41,275 bases of DNA from a virus, in the IMG/VR virus record IMGVR_UViG_3300025869_000003, positions 1 to 41,275 of that record. The stretch is one strand, 5' to 3'. Of the stretch, positions 9,901 through 17,982 are shown one piece after another. Within the stretch, counting starts at the first letter, position 1. Each line of letters starts with the position of its first letter. The notes below the pieces were generated by a model that saw only the letters and a program-made list of their open reading frames with translations, did not search any database and had not been told where the DNA came from. A program made the translations under genes and the position numbers.

Positions 9901-10129
9901 CTTCGACAAGACCAGTCCCAAAAGCAGATGCTTTTTCACTCGTAGACTTAACAGAGTCTGCTCGTCTCTTTTCTACAAACTGATCTATCGACATTGGAGT
10001 ACTAGCAATTCTTTGCTCCACCGCATTAATTTGAGAAAGAACATCAGCTTGGGAGATGAAATCTTTTTCTATCCCAAGCTTGTTCTCCAAGGCGTTAATC
10101 TTGGATAGTACTTCTTGTTCCGAAGGCAT
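3929..10129 (-). CDS. Giant (2066 aa) virion-associated polyvalent-like protein / ejected internal protein with a zincin HExxH motif
   Basis: It is the last gene of the late operon, after two other internal-protein-like genes. The N-terminal ~450 aa are Gly/Ala-rich with hydrophobic stretches (VGGQLVGGVTGSIPLAMELGIAEGVGLIA, GAINAGLAGLAG...GGGFLAGGFIP). LIAHETGHDF (HExxH) is encoded at 8417..8431. GENYRETLIKFGG...HFSDENNVVAHIRSN...FFIEEIQSDWHQ...PDAPFKKSWPSLALK resembles, from memory, a module seen in large phage/plasmid polyvalent proteins. Confidence 0.55.
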   Translation of the reverse strand: MPSEQEVLSKINALENKLGIEKDFISQADVLSQINAVEQRIASTPMSIDQFVEKRRADSVKSTSEKASAFGTGLVEGVKGMAKEGGEALEEVPWYWATGVGALADYDTLGDILNIGSRDFTRFAKTLGGAIMDKAGPYSTAEEIQREYKRYRENFDYYEKVRPKMLESDDIEHKKLVSFGANFVDPFMIFPVAKAGAFATKTTLRATQAGLTAGAKLSRSQGLVNVANKMKSSRRAVQKLERGVDIAGKIGAYPTEMAARVTAKALRKGLKGTSYVAGVGLKGVGRLGQGTAFMASLPRKAVEKTAKAISKKAEDVSGFAVGGQLVGGVTGSIPLAMELGIAEGVGLIAKKVGLGFGEVLKTLGQPASNKRFLYRLATNSKVSPSTRKRAMYAYNHYGTAVGDAMFNMVANGVSVGAINAGLAGLAGEDYENMGAMAGGGFLAGGFIPTGQQGMKAGKTNFARDTASIDAHMKNKLTEDQRKAFVKMPRPAQVMLSTLQEAGIGSPKFMIMEPKAYLDFLNESRRQNNLPELDRAPKGHFDKPSRTIYINESNLPQSSRVATELIAHETGHDFIYRAIGDDPTMLQLLLEPYRTKEGKGTAFHYRYDDKGNPLGDPIYLDDTAVAIQRDYDSKQRGRPATSEDVAKGLAQREGELIGGISIGKDASKLAQEIGAEQFAMMFTKDPNAFENFHPRLRRYLLDSSRRLLGILGVVEPSSGNPLSNPISKAQLDNPSIRRVYENYGRARAIELDEKGQLAKKGMLIQPKKGQTGEDRFVELFGGNGLSLTDAKNLVISNKSLRREIDAMKKRYKENPEDGWSTTKRGFLIGKKLTNDLRTIFTRNDPFRNVATILNALQEAIDQRVGIVFGYRSGTKSKRQNPFRIRDVAIYGWQVSAGTLKVLGYDQAVVRQNMQTLVEKGYVKDIKDFEKRLAEQGQKALADPEGRINPEGRKENEIMTVAFGLKESAGEIASPGLRDLLESGVIKKSFKSFDVEALAGIRRGEKKAFAFDYENIRNNYNPFRQSEPLFQPSDKNTLFSPEGDPKLPPTPAEVDSKRFASYNHLGLRDNILDGALETIKQFKFSGQQFMSALTKFAGAKNYADEIGLTDFLQTKKSFDRQEIERFIKRESPVLQRTDLGESTDIMELRDRYYESEIETYLDELDVAFSEDDNGWYIDLYGEPLYGDFGDLQTYGSESDARAELQYHAEQMAESSANNTSDAEIREVYESDVAEDIDGDAVYPEYATDGGENYRETLIKFGGDEYIWSDPHFSDENNVVAHIRSNIRQSGETFFIEEIQSDWHQTGRSEGYDNSPLEGQLSKTENGEYQARFEDGRQFRIRETDQKKAYDKFLNLKRELAGGVPDAPFKKSWPSLALKTAIKDAVNRGVKKVAWLGGQGHLNRYPSLVKKIKSIHVYTPNKGVDNVYSIEVSHEGSPHSLLRNQLLERDLKKYIGKTLTERAVKDLREKRANADPNELKFADTQEVYYTGLDMEFGGDGMKNFYDKELVSLANKISKKIGGGKVQPYTFEVTGGMDANRRPWKREYRGWSFELPADKSKIDDLMLYMPDSGKVSDNSIPLVAKEVSKKSKTGFNPQELLKRAGYKSADEVRTETLANDLFSGQVRSEREATRSQQANRNDQMFMPALEDAKAIVREQGRVAESAEDAFFGSFMPKLLRKTKGQLKASVRNIREATRRAIEDVTPFMRENPQFADYYNKDMEASRRELNEGYGNVTDDDFLYYQTMLGLTSPGTKLPSNVGDGVNIFNLYKEKGDIEDIKMGTSEKGNPVIASSPFKISGTTAPTKARSLLIVDKLRKKLGSVRNAIDYLEEAIPMNELHKFNKKMGYAGNVAKTGDIRRIVKQATGQDELIPRMFIFGPKVGAYTLNTIGNHNYNTIDVWEARFIRSYFKGMFKPNTGLPANVDEHALFTRFTEIFQEEFETKTKQKMPTSALQAIRWFYMISTAKELGYSGASTNETISGYTKRYVTKLRANKGGRGQGNGTTNEGVRPKTQNSKGQSKGSKEIEQFMPDDGDTNRMSPSAVNQNRFMAPAMSRSMATSRELDRFRN

Positions 10130-10131
10130 AA

Positions 10132-11544
10132 TTATTCCAAAAGATCTCCACTCTCGACTCTATCAAGAAGTGGGCTATTTCTTGTTGGTACTGGAGTTCT
10201 TTGAACTGGTGTTGGGGCGTTATTGCCCATCTCTGATTCATACCCAAGATTCCTCTTACTCTCCATTTCTTCCAACTCTTTCAATCTTGCTAATAGCTCA
10301 GGAGAAGCCTCTGCATTAGGATCTCCGGTCACTTGTGAAGTCGCTGGCATTTGTAGAATTTCTTTGTAATTAGAGTCGTTAGGATGAAGGTAAGGATGAT
10401 TACCTCTTCCATGAACCACATCATTATAAACATGACGAAGTAGACCTAAGTTATACTTCAAGTCCTTATCATCCTGAGCTTGATCTAGGTTACCAAAAAC
10501 CGCTTGTAATGAACTAAGCTCCTGATTGGAGACCTGACCTAAGGCTCCTCCAGTTGGCGATGCTTCACGCATCGCCTGAAGCTTATCGAAACCTATATTA
10601 GCTTTGATCGTCTCTAATGATTTGTTGAGAGCCAAAGCGTCTGTTTGAGGTATCGATTTTAAGAATGATCCAAATCCAGTTGAGTATGGAGTTATCAAAC
10701 CAAAAGATCTATCGATAGTGTCATTCACAACTAGCGAACCACTCAAATCAGCTTGTTTTCCCTCCCCTTGTTTCAAGTTGTGTTTGAATAACTCAAGACT
10801 GACCTTGTCATCAAACTCAGCCTCACGACTCGCTTGTTCCTGAGCGATTGCTTTCTTTTCCTCAATCATGGACATTCCAACTCTCGGAGAAATTTTACCT
10901 TCTTTAACAGCTTCTTGAACATTTCTTCCAAAACCTTTAAAGCGGTCAGGTAATTCTTGAACTACTGGAGAATCTTCTTGGATCATCTTTGCTGGTGGAG
11001 GAAGTGGTTCACCCTTCATAAGAGCTTCTTGGACTCTTCTACCTCCCTCTGATCTAGTTGGCATTCTTTCGGTAGGAGAAATCATCAAACGATTGCCAGC
11101 TTCCAATTCATCCTCAAGTTCTTGTTCCTTCTGTTGACCTTGATTATACTTATCAATATTGAATCCCAACTGATCCTCCTGAACGCCCACTTGCCGACCT
11201 TGAATATCTATTTGACGATCACCTTGAGCAAGCTGGGCATCATTTACCCTACGAGTCTCATCCATTTGCATGAACTGCTGTAGCATCTTTCCGACTTGCG
11301 GATCTCGTGAAGCAATCTTGGCTTGCTCAGGTTGCATCCCAGCGGAAATAAATGCGTTTTCTGCTAGTTGTTGATTTTCCTTCTTTTCTTTATTTTCTGC
11401 GTTTTTTGCGATAGCTCCACCGATTGCTATTCCCAATTGGTTAAAGGCATTTGCAAAAGATCGCCCAGGCGCTGTCGCTGATTGCATATCCATCCTCGCA
11501 ATTGGAGGAGCTGGGGTTTGTCCGTAAAATGGTCTTCTACTCAT
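10132..11544 (-). CDS. Virion internal/ejection protein candidate (470 aa, Gln/Glu-rich, coiled-coil-like)
   Basis: The call rests on its position between the 498-aa and 2066-aa genes (analogous to podovirus internal core genes), its biased composition, and an aggagga SD upstream. Confidence 0.35.
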   Translation of the reverse strand: MSRRPFYGQTPAPPIARMDMQSATAPGRSFANAFNQLGIAIGGAIAKNAENKEKKENQQLAENAFISAGMQPEQAKIASRDPQVGKMLQQFMQMDETRRVNDAQLAQGDRQIDIQGRQVGVQEDQLGFNIDKYNQGQQKEQELEDELEAGNRLMISPTERMPTRSEGGRRVQEALMKGEPLPPPAKMIQEDSPVVQELPDRFKGFGRNVQEAVKEGKISPRVGMSMIEEKKAIAQEQASREAEFDDKVSLELFKHNLKQGEGKQADLSGSLVVNDTIDRSFGLITPYSTGFGSFLKSIPQTDALALNKSLETIKANIGFDKLQAMREASPTGGALGQVSNQELSSLQAVFGNLDQAQDDKDLKYNLGLLRHVYNDVVHGRGNHPYLHPNDSNYKEILQMPATSQVTGDPNAEASPELLARLKELEEMESKRNLGYESEMGNNAPTPVQRTPVPTRNSPLLDRVESGDLLE

Positions 11545-11555
11545 AAAATATCCTC

Positions 11556-13052
11556 CTATCTAAAAAGCCCTGTTCCTCCCTTTGCCATACCGCCTATAAT
11601 TCCACCGCCCATTCCCATTAACCCTTGTAACACACCAGCCCGATTTGAAGCTGTTGCGGTTCGAGCATCCATCTGTCCCTGATAGTTTTGTGTCGCAAGC
11701 GCTCCAGCATATTGAGACTCAGGATTAAATATCGCTGGGCTTGAATCTAATGAAAATCCGGCTGATCCGAATTGCTGTTGAGCCATCATTGGGGCATTAC
11801 CTGATCTTCCGGTCAAAGCTTGAAGAACATCAAAGTTACCCATCTGATACGCGGTTCCAGCATTCTGTAAAGCTTGCTGGCGGTATGCTTGCTGGTTTGA
11901 AATTGCTCTAGCGTAATCATTTTCTCTTTGCCTTCCATATTGATCACGATTGGTAAGAGCGTTTATGAGACCACTAGTTCTGTCCTTACCTAATTGACGA
12001 TTTGCAGACAGCCTTTGTTCCACGGCTGACGCAAATGTGGCTCTCTGATCTTCCATCCCCCGATCACTAGCTCCCTCTAAAATTTGTTGATCCAAGTCTC
12101 GTTGCTCAGTCTCAGTTAAACCCTGACCAGCTTGATATTCCTCTCTCGCTTGATTTACAATTCTGTCAAAATCCTCTGAACCTCCAAGGTTCTGTTGTTT
12201 ATCAGAAACCATATCATCAAATGGATTTTCCGCACGAAGACCTTCTTTTGCACTACCCATTATGTCTTGCCTTATACCTTCAGCTAACGGATCGGCAGAC
12301 CTTTGGGCTTCTACAAGTTTTGGGCCAAGGTCTTGTATCATTTGAATTTCATCAGCGGTTGCCCTCGCCTTCTGTCTTCCTTGGGCTGGTACAATATGAT
12401 CTTCATATGCCTGAAGTAGCCCCATACTTGGGTCTAAACCAAGCTGTTCTAACATGATCCCCCTTTCAAGGTTTGCATATTGGGGACGAAACTGAGCTTC
12501 GTTACGATATAGATCAGGAGCTAAATCTACTTGAGCTTGTAATGTGTCTCTTGTTTCCTGACCATAGTTTCTTGGTGGAGGAGCATCTACATCTCCTTTT
12601 TTATAAGAAGGAACACCTCCAGCAGAAGGCTTTCCCGATCCTCCCATATTTTTAAGTACTGCTTCCTCAAAAGGATTAATAAAAGCAAGTCTCTCACCAG
12701 TCGGAGCGTTTTGATTTAAAACTTGAGCTGACTTTTTTAATGTAGGACTTTGAGAGATAGCGTCTTCTTGTGGGTTTACTGGATCGTAGCTTGGTACAGC
12801 GTTTGGGTTATATTTCTTTGCTGTTCCATACTTTCCTCCCCCACCATAATTAAATGCATTTTGATTCATTGCTGTATACTGGGGAACTTGCAATTCTGCT
12901 CCGCGTTTATTAGCTACCCCAAGCATAGGGTTATCTTGGGCGTCTTGGCTGTTCATCGGTCTAAACGATTGCGAATACATCTGCCCTGATGAATCCATAA
13001 AAACTGGTGTATATTGTTTTCTCGGAGGTGTCTTTTCTGAATTAAACTTCAT
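11556..13052 (-). CDS. Virion internal protein candidate (498 aa, Gln/Gly/Asn-rich, Gly-rich C terminus)
   Basis: The call rests on position. LAFINPFEEAVLKNMGGSGKP resembles a motif I associate with internal proteins of marine podoviruses. The C terminus is GLMGMGGGIIGGMAKGGTGLF. Confidence 0.35.
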   Translation of the reverse strand: MKFNSEKTPPRKQYTPVFMDSSGQMYSQSFRPMNSQDAQDNPMLGVANKRGAELQVPQYTAMNQNAFNYGGGGKYGTAKKYNPNAVPSYDPVNPQEDAISQSPTLKKSAQVLNQNAPTGERLAFINPFEEAVLKNMGGSGKPSAGGVPSYKKGDVDAPPPRNYGQETRDTLQAQVDLAPDLYRNEAQFRPQYANLERGIMLEQLGLDPSMGLLQAYEDHIVPAQGRQKARATADEIQMIQDLGPKLVEAQRSADPLAEGIRQDIMGSAKEGLRAENPFDDMVSDKQQNLGGSEDFDRIVNQAREEYQAGQGLTETEQRDLDQQILEGASDRGMEDQRATFASAVEQRLSANRQLGKDRTSGLINALTNRDQYGRQRENDYARAISNQQAYRQQALQNAGTAYQMGNFDVLQALTGRSGNAPMMAQQQFGSAGFSLDSSPAIFNPESQYAGALATQNYQGQMDARTATASNRAGVLQGLMGMGGGIIGGMAKGGTGLFR

Positions 13053-13431
13053 TTTCTGCTACCTTTCTGTACATAGTTTCCCATTTATAAGTTCTAATCT
13101 TTGTATCGCCATTTGGTGTTATTCTGCGAAACATCACAAATGGTAGTGGGCTTACATTATCCATCATTGCCTTTAGCTGACCCTGACCAGCTACCCAACG
13201 AACATACCATGTGTCAGGATTTTTCACATACCATTGCCCTTGCGGATCTGCGGAACCATCAATTGGTTTTAGCATCATAAAAAGCTGTGGATTGGAGATT
13301 ACAAGACCTCCAATCAAATAGTTATGCATCTCTTTAAAAAACTCTGATTTGTTTTCGTACAAAGAGACCACTTGCTCAAATGGTGGCAAATGCTTGAGCT
13401 TGTTTAAAAGTTCTATTTTTAGGCTACCCAT
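13042..13431 (-). CDS. Hypothetical protein (129 aa from MGSLKIELL)
   Basis: An ATG at 13431 shares one base with the tail-fibre stop (TGATG junction). The longer 13458 start would overlap the fibre gene by 28 nt. Confidence 0.5.
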   Translation of the reverse strand: MGSLKIELLNKLKHLPPFEQVVSLYENKSEFFKEMHNYLIGGLVISNPQLFMMLKPIDGSADPQGQWYVKNPDTWYVRWVAGQGQLKAMMDNVSPLPFVMFRRITPNGDTKIRTYKWETMYRKVAENEV

Positions 13432-14849
13432 CACAAAGCTGAAATGATGAATGCCCATAATTCATCATACCTTACCGACATTTCTTCCTTCTTAGTTGCC
13501 CCCTCAAACTCGGCAGTCTCTTGCTTGCGGTTGCCGTCCTCATCTTCACCAACCCAAACATCGTATTTCTTGAGGATTCCGTATTTTGATGGGTCTAAAC
13601 CTTCATCAATAAAGGCTTGCTCTAAGTCTTGAGCGATAATTCCAAAGTGAGTTTTAGCTCTCTCTTTTTTGCTTTCAACTGCGATCTTGTATTTGAATTT
13701 TCGGATCAAACCTTTCGCTTTAACCGCTACTCTTTTCTCAACCTCATCCAACTCCTCAATATCAGTTTTTAAGTCTCGGTCTGAACTTGTATCTACTGCA
13801 TAACCAGTAAAGATTCTACCCCATCTTCTAGTAGGTATCCCGAAGGTATACTCAAATGAATATGGTAAAACTGATGATGTGTAGAAAATGTTCGCACTAC
13901 TAGTATCTTGGTATGCTTGGAATCTAAATTTTAATCCATTGTCGTAGAAGAATGGGGGCCAAGCTCCTACGATTTTTTGAAATCTGAAGTCGTACTCCAA
14001 AGCATCAAAACCGACACCTCCTGTAAATCTGCTCCAATTTGCAAAATGTTCATGCTGAACAACACCGGGATTTCCTTCAAAGCCATTGATCGTTGGATGA
14101 TATGAATAAACCGATTGTTTGATCGTAGCAAAATTATTAGAGGCGTAAGAAACACCATTTATAGTTTTACTTGGTGTACCTCCATTAGATGTGTAAAGAC
14201 CTCGATGACCTTGTGTACCATCGGGCCACTCCCGAAGGTCTTGATGAATATTTAGAACCAAAGCTCCATCAGAATGACTCGTGTTGTATTCTTCTGCATC
14301 GATGTATAAATTTTTATCAATCGTTACACTATACCCACTTTCTTGAGTAGCGTTGCCAAGAGCAACTTCACCACTAGTATTTTGATTTGAACCTCCACCG
14401 CTACTCGCGCTCAAGCCATCTAACTTAGTCTTATCAGTAGAAGACATAAAACCAGCGCTTGATGAACTTGCATTACTATGAGTGTGAGCGGATGGAGTAA
14501 CTGTTAAGCCACTCGCAAGCTTTGAAGAATCTATAGCTCCATTTGCAATTTGAGTAGAAGTTACTGATTGGTTAACCAACTTATCTCCATTGATGGAATT
14601 AGAGGTAAAATTGTTATTATTGATTACAATAGTATCGTTCCCTGAGATTGCATCAGATGCCAATTTTTCAGATGTAATTCCACCATCCTTGATCTTCAAA
14701 TATCCATCTGCATGAACCTCAAGTGTTGAATCATCAGTTGTGTTTCCAGCTCCAGCAACAAACTGGGCATTGTCCACGTGTTCATTTAAATTATTTGCAG
14801 TAACAGAAGAGCCTTCTGCGTAAGTTGTTCCTTTGTTTAAAATAGCCAT
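13431..14849 (-). CDS. Tail fibre with a C-terminal intramolecular chaperone (peptidase S74-type) auto-cleavage domain
   Basis: TSSDRDLKTDIEELDEV...THFGIIAQDLEQAF...VRYDELWAFIISAL matches the S74 chaperone pattern (S-D-x-x-x-K cleavage motif, hiGfiAQev). It also has the fibre motif SAGFMSSTDKTKLDGL and N-terminal KLAS/SKLAS repeats. Confidence 0.8.
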   Translation of the reverse strand: MAILNKGTTYAEGSSVTANNLNEHVDNAQFVAGAGNTTDDSTLEVHADGYLKIKDGGITSEKLASDAISGNDTIVINNNNFTSNSINGDKLVNQSVTSTQIANGAIDSSKLASGLTVTPSAHTHSNASSSSAGFMSSTDKTKLDGLSASSGGGSNQNTSGEVALGNATQESGYSVTIDKNLYIDAEEYNTSHSDGALVLNIHQDLREWPDGTQGHRGLYTSNGGTPSKTINGVSYASNNFATIKQSVYSYHPTINGFEGNPGVVQHEHFANWSRFTGGVGFDALEYDFRFQKIVGAWPPFFYDNGLKFRFQAYQDTSSANIFYTSSVLPYSFEYTFGIPTRRWGRIFTGYAVDTSSDRDLKTDIEELDEVEKRVAVKAKGLIRKFKYKIAVESKKERAKTHFGIIAQDLEQAFIDEGLDPSKYGILKKYDVWVGEDEDGNRKQETAEFEGATKKEEMSVRYDELWAFIISAL

Positions 14850-14851
14850 GA

Positions 14852-17257
14852 TTAAGTTACAGATGTGGTTTGTCGGTTAATAATTCTTGAGTCCAGTTTG
14901 ACTGCCCTGACATAGGGTCTGCCTTTGGTTGGAGTAATTGTTGCAGAGCAACCATACCCTCTTAGCCTGACGCTTGATCGAATGCTGGTATCTTCATTAG
15001 AGTCTAATTCTGCTCCAAGTAGGGTATCCACACTTCTAGCAGATCTTACTGAATCAGGATCAGTTGTTTGAAATTGAATTGTTCCATTACTCTTGGAAAA
15101 AGGGCTAGATTTCATATGAACTTCAGCCCTATTAAAGTTCTTTCTATTGATCGTCTTAAACGCGTATTCCCTTGTTCTTAGTTCGCTTGAGACATCAAGT
15201 ATTTGAGGTGATGCAGTAGCTGTCGTTATGCTGATCTGATCACCGCCCTCATATCCTTCGTATTTGTGGATAGATCCACTTGAACTGATAAGGTATAAAA
15301 AGTTTTGAGATCCCTCTCTACCAACTACCATATCTCTGACATTGAATGTCAGGCTGTTAATTGAATCGATTGATTCCCAGCCTTGGTTGATGAAATTGTA
15401 AACAAGGATGTGAGAATTTTCTACTGCTCCATCTAAAGGTACTGCCAAGAAATATCGGTTATCGAAATAGACTCCAGTCGCCTGATCAACATACTGCTGG
15501 TTGATCCTTTGCATGGTTGGAGTGATCGGCTCTGATAATGGAACTTCTAGTCCACGAAGATTGTACTCATCCATAAAGGTAAGTGCGTACACACCTTGGT
15601 CGCTAAGAAAGATCATCTTGTTTGCGACCTGGGCTACTGAGTTTCTTGACGCACATCCTAGATCAGGAGTGATCACATTAACCTGAACATCCTGAAGGGA
15701 TCCGCTTACTCCATTTAGACGATGGACGGATCGCCTACCGAAAACCACCAAGGTGTTTTCGGTAAAAGGTTCAATTGCTGTGATGAAGTCTGAACTGCCT
15801 CCGGTTATTTTAAATTGATTCCCGATTACATCATAAGTGTCAGAATCCAAAATGTCAGAAGCGATGATTTCATCTGTAGTTGGACGCTTTGTTGGATTTG
15901 AATCAGAGGTAAAGAAATAAGGAAGCCAAAGCCTCCTCTGATTCAATACTCCAAAGGGGGCAGCAGGTTGGTGAATAAAGTAAGATATTGGAGTCCGTTG
16001 TGATAAGACGAGCAACTCACTTGCGGTGTCCTCTACTGCTAAATTAAACTCAAATGAATCAGCAGTTGTGGATGAGACTTTAACTTTTGTATCAGCAAGA
16101 TTCGAGAAATTACCCTCCCCTTTCACAATGGTTAATTCCTGACCAAGTTCTAACCCATGATTGGTCTCATTGATAGTTACCACTCCATTTGCTGATGTCG
16201 CGTTAGAATCAATAATGTAACTGGGCATTGTATACTGACCGCTTTTTACATTAGTGAAATTAGAGAAGTAACCAGCGCTTGCTCCAAAGACATTGTAAGT
16301 TTCAGAGCCACTATTTTCTATCTCATAGGTGAAGCTATTAGCTGTTGCTGATGTTACTAAATAAGCCCCATTGGGATTTGTTGTGAAGTTTTGTATTCCT
16401 GAAATAGTGACATAGTCATTACCATTTAAACCATGTCCGGTCGCATTAATCGTAACTACACTCCCACTTAAAGAAGCGCTAGTGATTAATGCCGTTGATA
16501 AAATAGGCGTTGAGACCAATGTTGTTTTATCTTGCCGGAATATAAAAAGCTTACTGAAGGCTTGAAGCAACTGACATCGCTTAGTTACGCGTTCACCTGA
16601 TGGATAATTAGCTCTAAACTCTAGCTTGTCCTTGAGTCTAAGTATAGAGCAGTAGCTATCTGTGGCTGTGAAGATAAAATCATCAATAAACTCAGAGCTT
16701 GGGTCTGAGAATAATGCAGACCCAAATACACTAGTGGCTGAACCTTGATCTAATAAAGTAAAATCAAGTTTTGTAGAAATTCTTGATCCTCCATCAGCAA
16801 TTGAATTTTCAGAACAAACGAAAAATTCATCTCCTCCAACCTGAGCAAATTTAATCTCTTTGTTTACAAAGCTAATTGAGGAGATTGTGTAAGTTCCATT
16901 TGGGTCTGTAGTAAATCCAGTAATGCCTTCAATGGTTATTTGATTTCCGACCTTAAAGCTTCTATTCGGGCTAAAGCGTAAAGTTATTGTTATTACATCA
17001 TTTTCCCTATTTGCCTTGGTTATAACAAACGGCAGTAAAGTAGAGTTTTGATCTAGTGTAATTTTACCAGCAAGAGTTTCGACTCCCTTTCTAGGTTGCC
17101 AAGTTCCATCAATATCCATTCGTCCATTTTTACTTAATTGAACTTCTCCAGCCTGAAGTTGTGATGGGCGAACACGACTATTCATTCTGTTAAAGAATGT
17201 ATCACCCTCTTCGATATAAGGGTCATCTAATTTGCCATATGCCCGGTAACGACTCAT
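14852..17257 (-). CDS. Large tail structural protein (801 aa; tail tubular B / nozzle-like) with three internal ~50-aa repeats
   Basis: The size and the position upstream of the fibre fit this role. The repeats are VITITLRF..GNQITIEGITGFTTDPNGTYTISS, VVTINATGHGLNGNDYVTISGIQNFTTNPNGAYLVTS and VVTINETNHGLELGQELTIVKGEGNF. No family-level motif was confirmed. Confidence 0.45.
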   Translation of the reverse strand: MSRYRAYGKLDDPYIEEGDTFFNRMNSRVRPSQLQAGEVQLSKNGRMDIDGTWQPRKGVETLAGKITLDQNSTLLPFVITKANRENDVITITLRFSPNRSFKVGNQITIEGITGFTTDPNGTYTISSISFVNKEIKFAQVGGDEFFVCSENSIADGGSRISTKLDFTLLDQGSATSVFGSALFSDPSSEFIDDFIFTATDSYCSILRLKDKLEFRANYPSGERVTKRCQLLQAFSKLFIFRQDKTTLVSTPILSTALITSASLSGSVVTINATGHGLNGNDYVTISGIQNFTTNPNGAYLVTSATANSFTYEIENSGSETYNVFGASAGYFSNFTNVKSGQYTMPSYIIDSNATSANGVVTINETNHGLELGQELTIVKGEGNFSNLADTKVKVSSTTADSFEFNLAVEDTASELLVLSQRTPISYFIHQPAAPFGVLNQRRLWLPYFFTSDSNPTKRPTTDEIIASDILDSDTYDVIGNQFKITGGSSDFITAIEPFTENTLVVFGRRSVHRLNGVSGSLQDVQVNVITPDLGCASRNSVAQVANKMIFLSDQGVYALTFMDEYNLRGLEVPLSEPITPTMQRINQQYVDQATGVYFDNRYFLAVPLDGAVENSHILVYNFINQGWESIDSINSLTFNVRDMVVGREGSQNFLYLISSSGSIHKYEGYEGGDQISITTATASPQILDVSSELRTREYAFKTINRKNFNRAEVHMKSSPFSKSNGTIQFQTTDPDSVRSARSVDTLLGAELDSNEDTSIRSSVRLRGYGCSATITPTKGRPYVRAVKLDSRIINRQTTSVT

Positions 17258-17397
17258 TTTTTAAGCAACTCCCAAATCTTGATGCTCATGTAAATGATGG
17301 TTGCTAGACCAGCAATAATACCGACTATGGCGTGGATTTGCCCTAAGCCGTATGAGGCAAATGTACCAGTCATTCCAAATATCGTTGCTCTATCCAT
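17254..17397 (-). CDS. Small membrane protein (47 aa) absent from the ORF track; holin-like or virion membrane-active peptide
   Basis: My own reverse-strand translation is MDRATIFGMTGTFASYGLGQIHAIVGIIAGLATIIYMSIKIWELLKK. Its TGA overlaps the ATG of the 801-aa gene (ATGA at 17254..17257). Confidence 0.5.
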   Translation of the reverse strand: MDRATIFGMTGTFASYGLGQIHAIVGIIAGLATIIYMSIKIWELLKK

Positions 17398-17439
17398 TAG
17401 CTGATTGTAATTAAATTTTTAGGTAAGTAATTTGGGTAA

Positions 17440-17982
17440 ATGAAAATAAGAAGTTTCATAGGTAGTTTTTGGTTTTATATCTTAAGCCTGTTGTACCCTC
17501 TTTATGAGGTGTTAAAAAACTTTGAAGATTCGTGGACATTTTTTGATTTTTTGGCTCATGGTTTTGTGACATTTCTAGGGTCTTGTTTATTTCTTGTAAT
17601 TGGATGTTTTCTCTTGGCTCAGTTTGAAGACAAATTTATGAAATGCCCGAAGTGCGACACAAAGGGAGGACACAAAGAATTGGGACGAGGGGAGGCATAT
17701 TCGACTTTGACTTTTAAAGGGCTGTGGCAATGTTGGATGTGTAAGCATAATTGGTATCCAGCTGGTAACCCTAAAGAAGGGGTTGAATGCCCAAAATGTA
17801 ATAAGAAAGGCGGGACATTTATTTATGATGAACTTGTTCGTGATATTCATAAAAGTCCGCCAAACAGCTATCCTATATCTACTATCGAAACGCTCGAAAA
17901 TTGTTTTAAATGCTCTGATTGTGGTCATGAATTTCTAGGCAAAGAGATCGAGTATGAAGATCAGAATCATAAGAATAAGTAG
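17440..17982 (+). CDS. Membrane protein with two N-terminal TM helices and two zinc ribbons
   Basis: Hydrophobic segments FWFYILSLLYPL and FVTFLGSCLFLVIGCFLLA. Duplicated CPKC(D/N)xKGG ... CWMC / CFKCSDC motifs give four CxxC pairs. The gene lies opposite to the surrounding late operon. Confidence 0.6.
   Translation: MKIRSFIGSFWFYILSLLYPLYEVLKNFEDSWTFFDFLAHGFVTFLGSCLFLVIGCFLLAQFEDKFMKCPKCDTKGGHKELGRGEAYSTLTFKGLWQCWMCKHNWYPAGNPKEGVECPKCNKKGGTFIYDELVRDIHKSPPNSYPISTIETLENCFKCSDCGHEFLGKEIEYEDQNHKNK

Noticed and set aside
3929-10129. Reading the giant gene as a tape-measure protein of a long-tailed phage.
   Set aside because: I found no tail tube, sheath, terminator or chaperone-frameshift genes between the capsid and this gene. 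The flanking genes fit a podovirus internal-protein block. This remains unverified without homology searches.
11482-11682. A proline-rich + strand ORF (PPFAIPPIIPPPIPINP), and similarly 18693..18992 (APPPAPRADPTGPPNDPAPPPT).
   Set aside because: They are antisense translations of glycine-rich coding segments (GGN codons read as NCC). They are not real genes.
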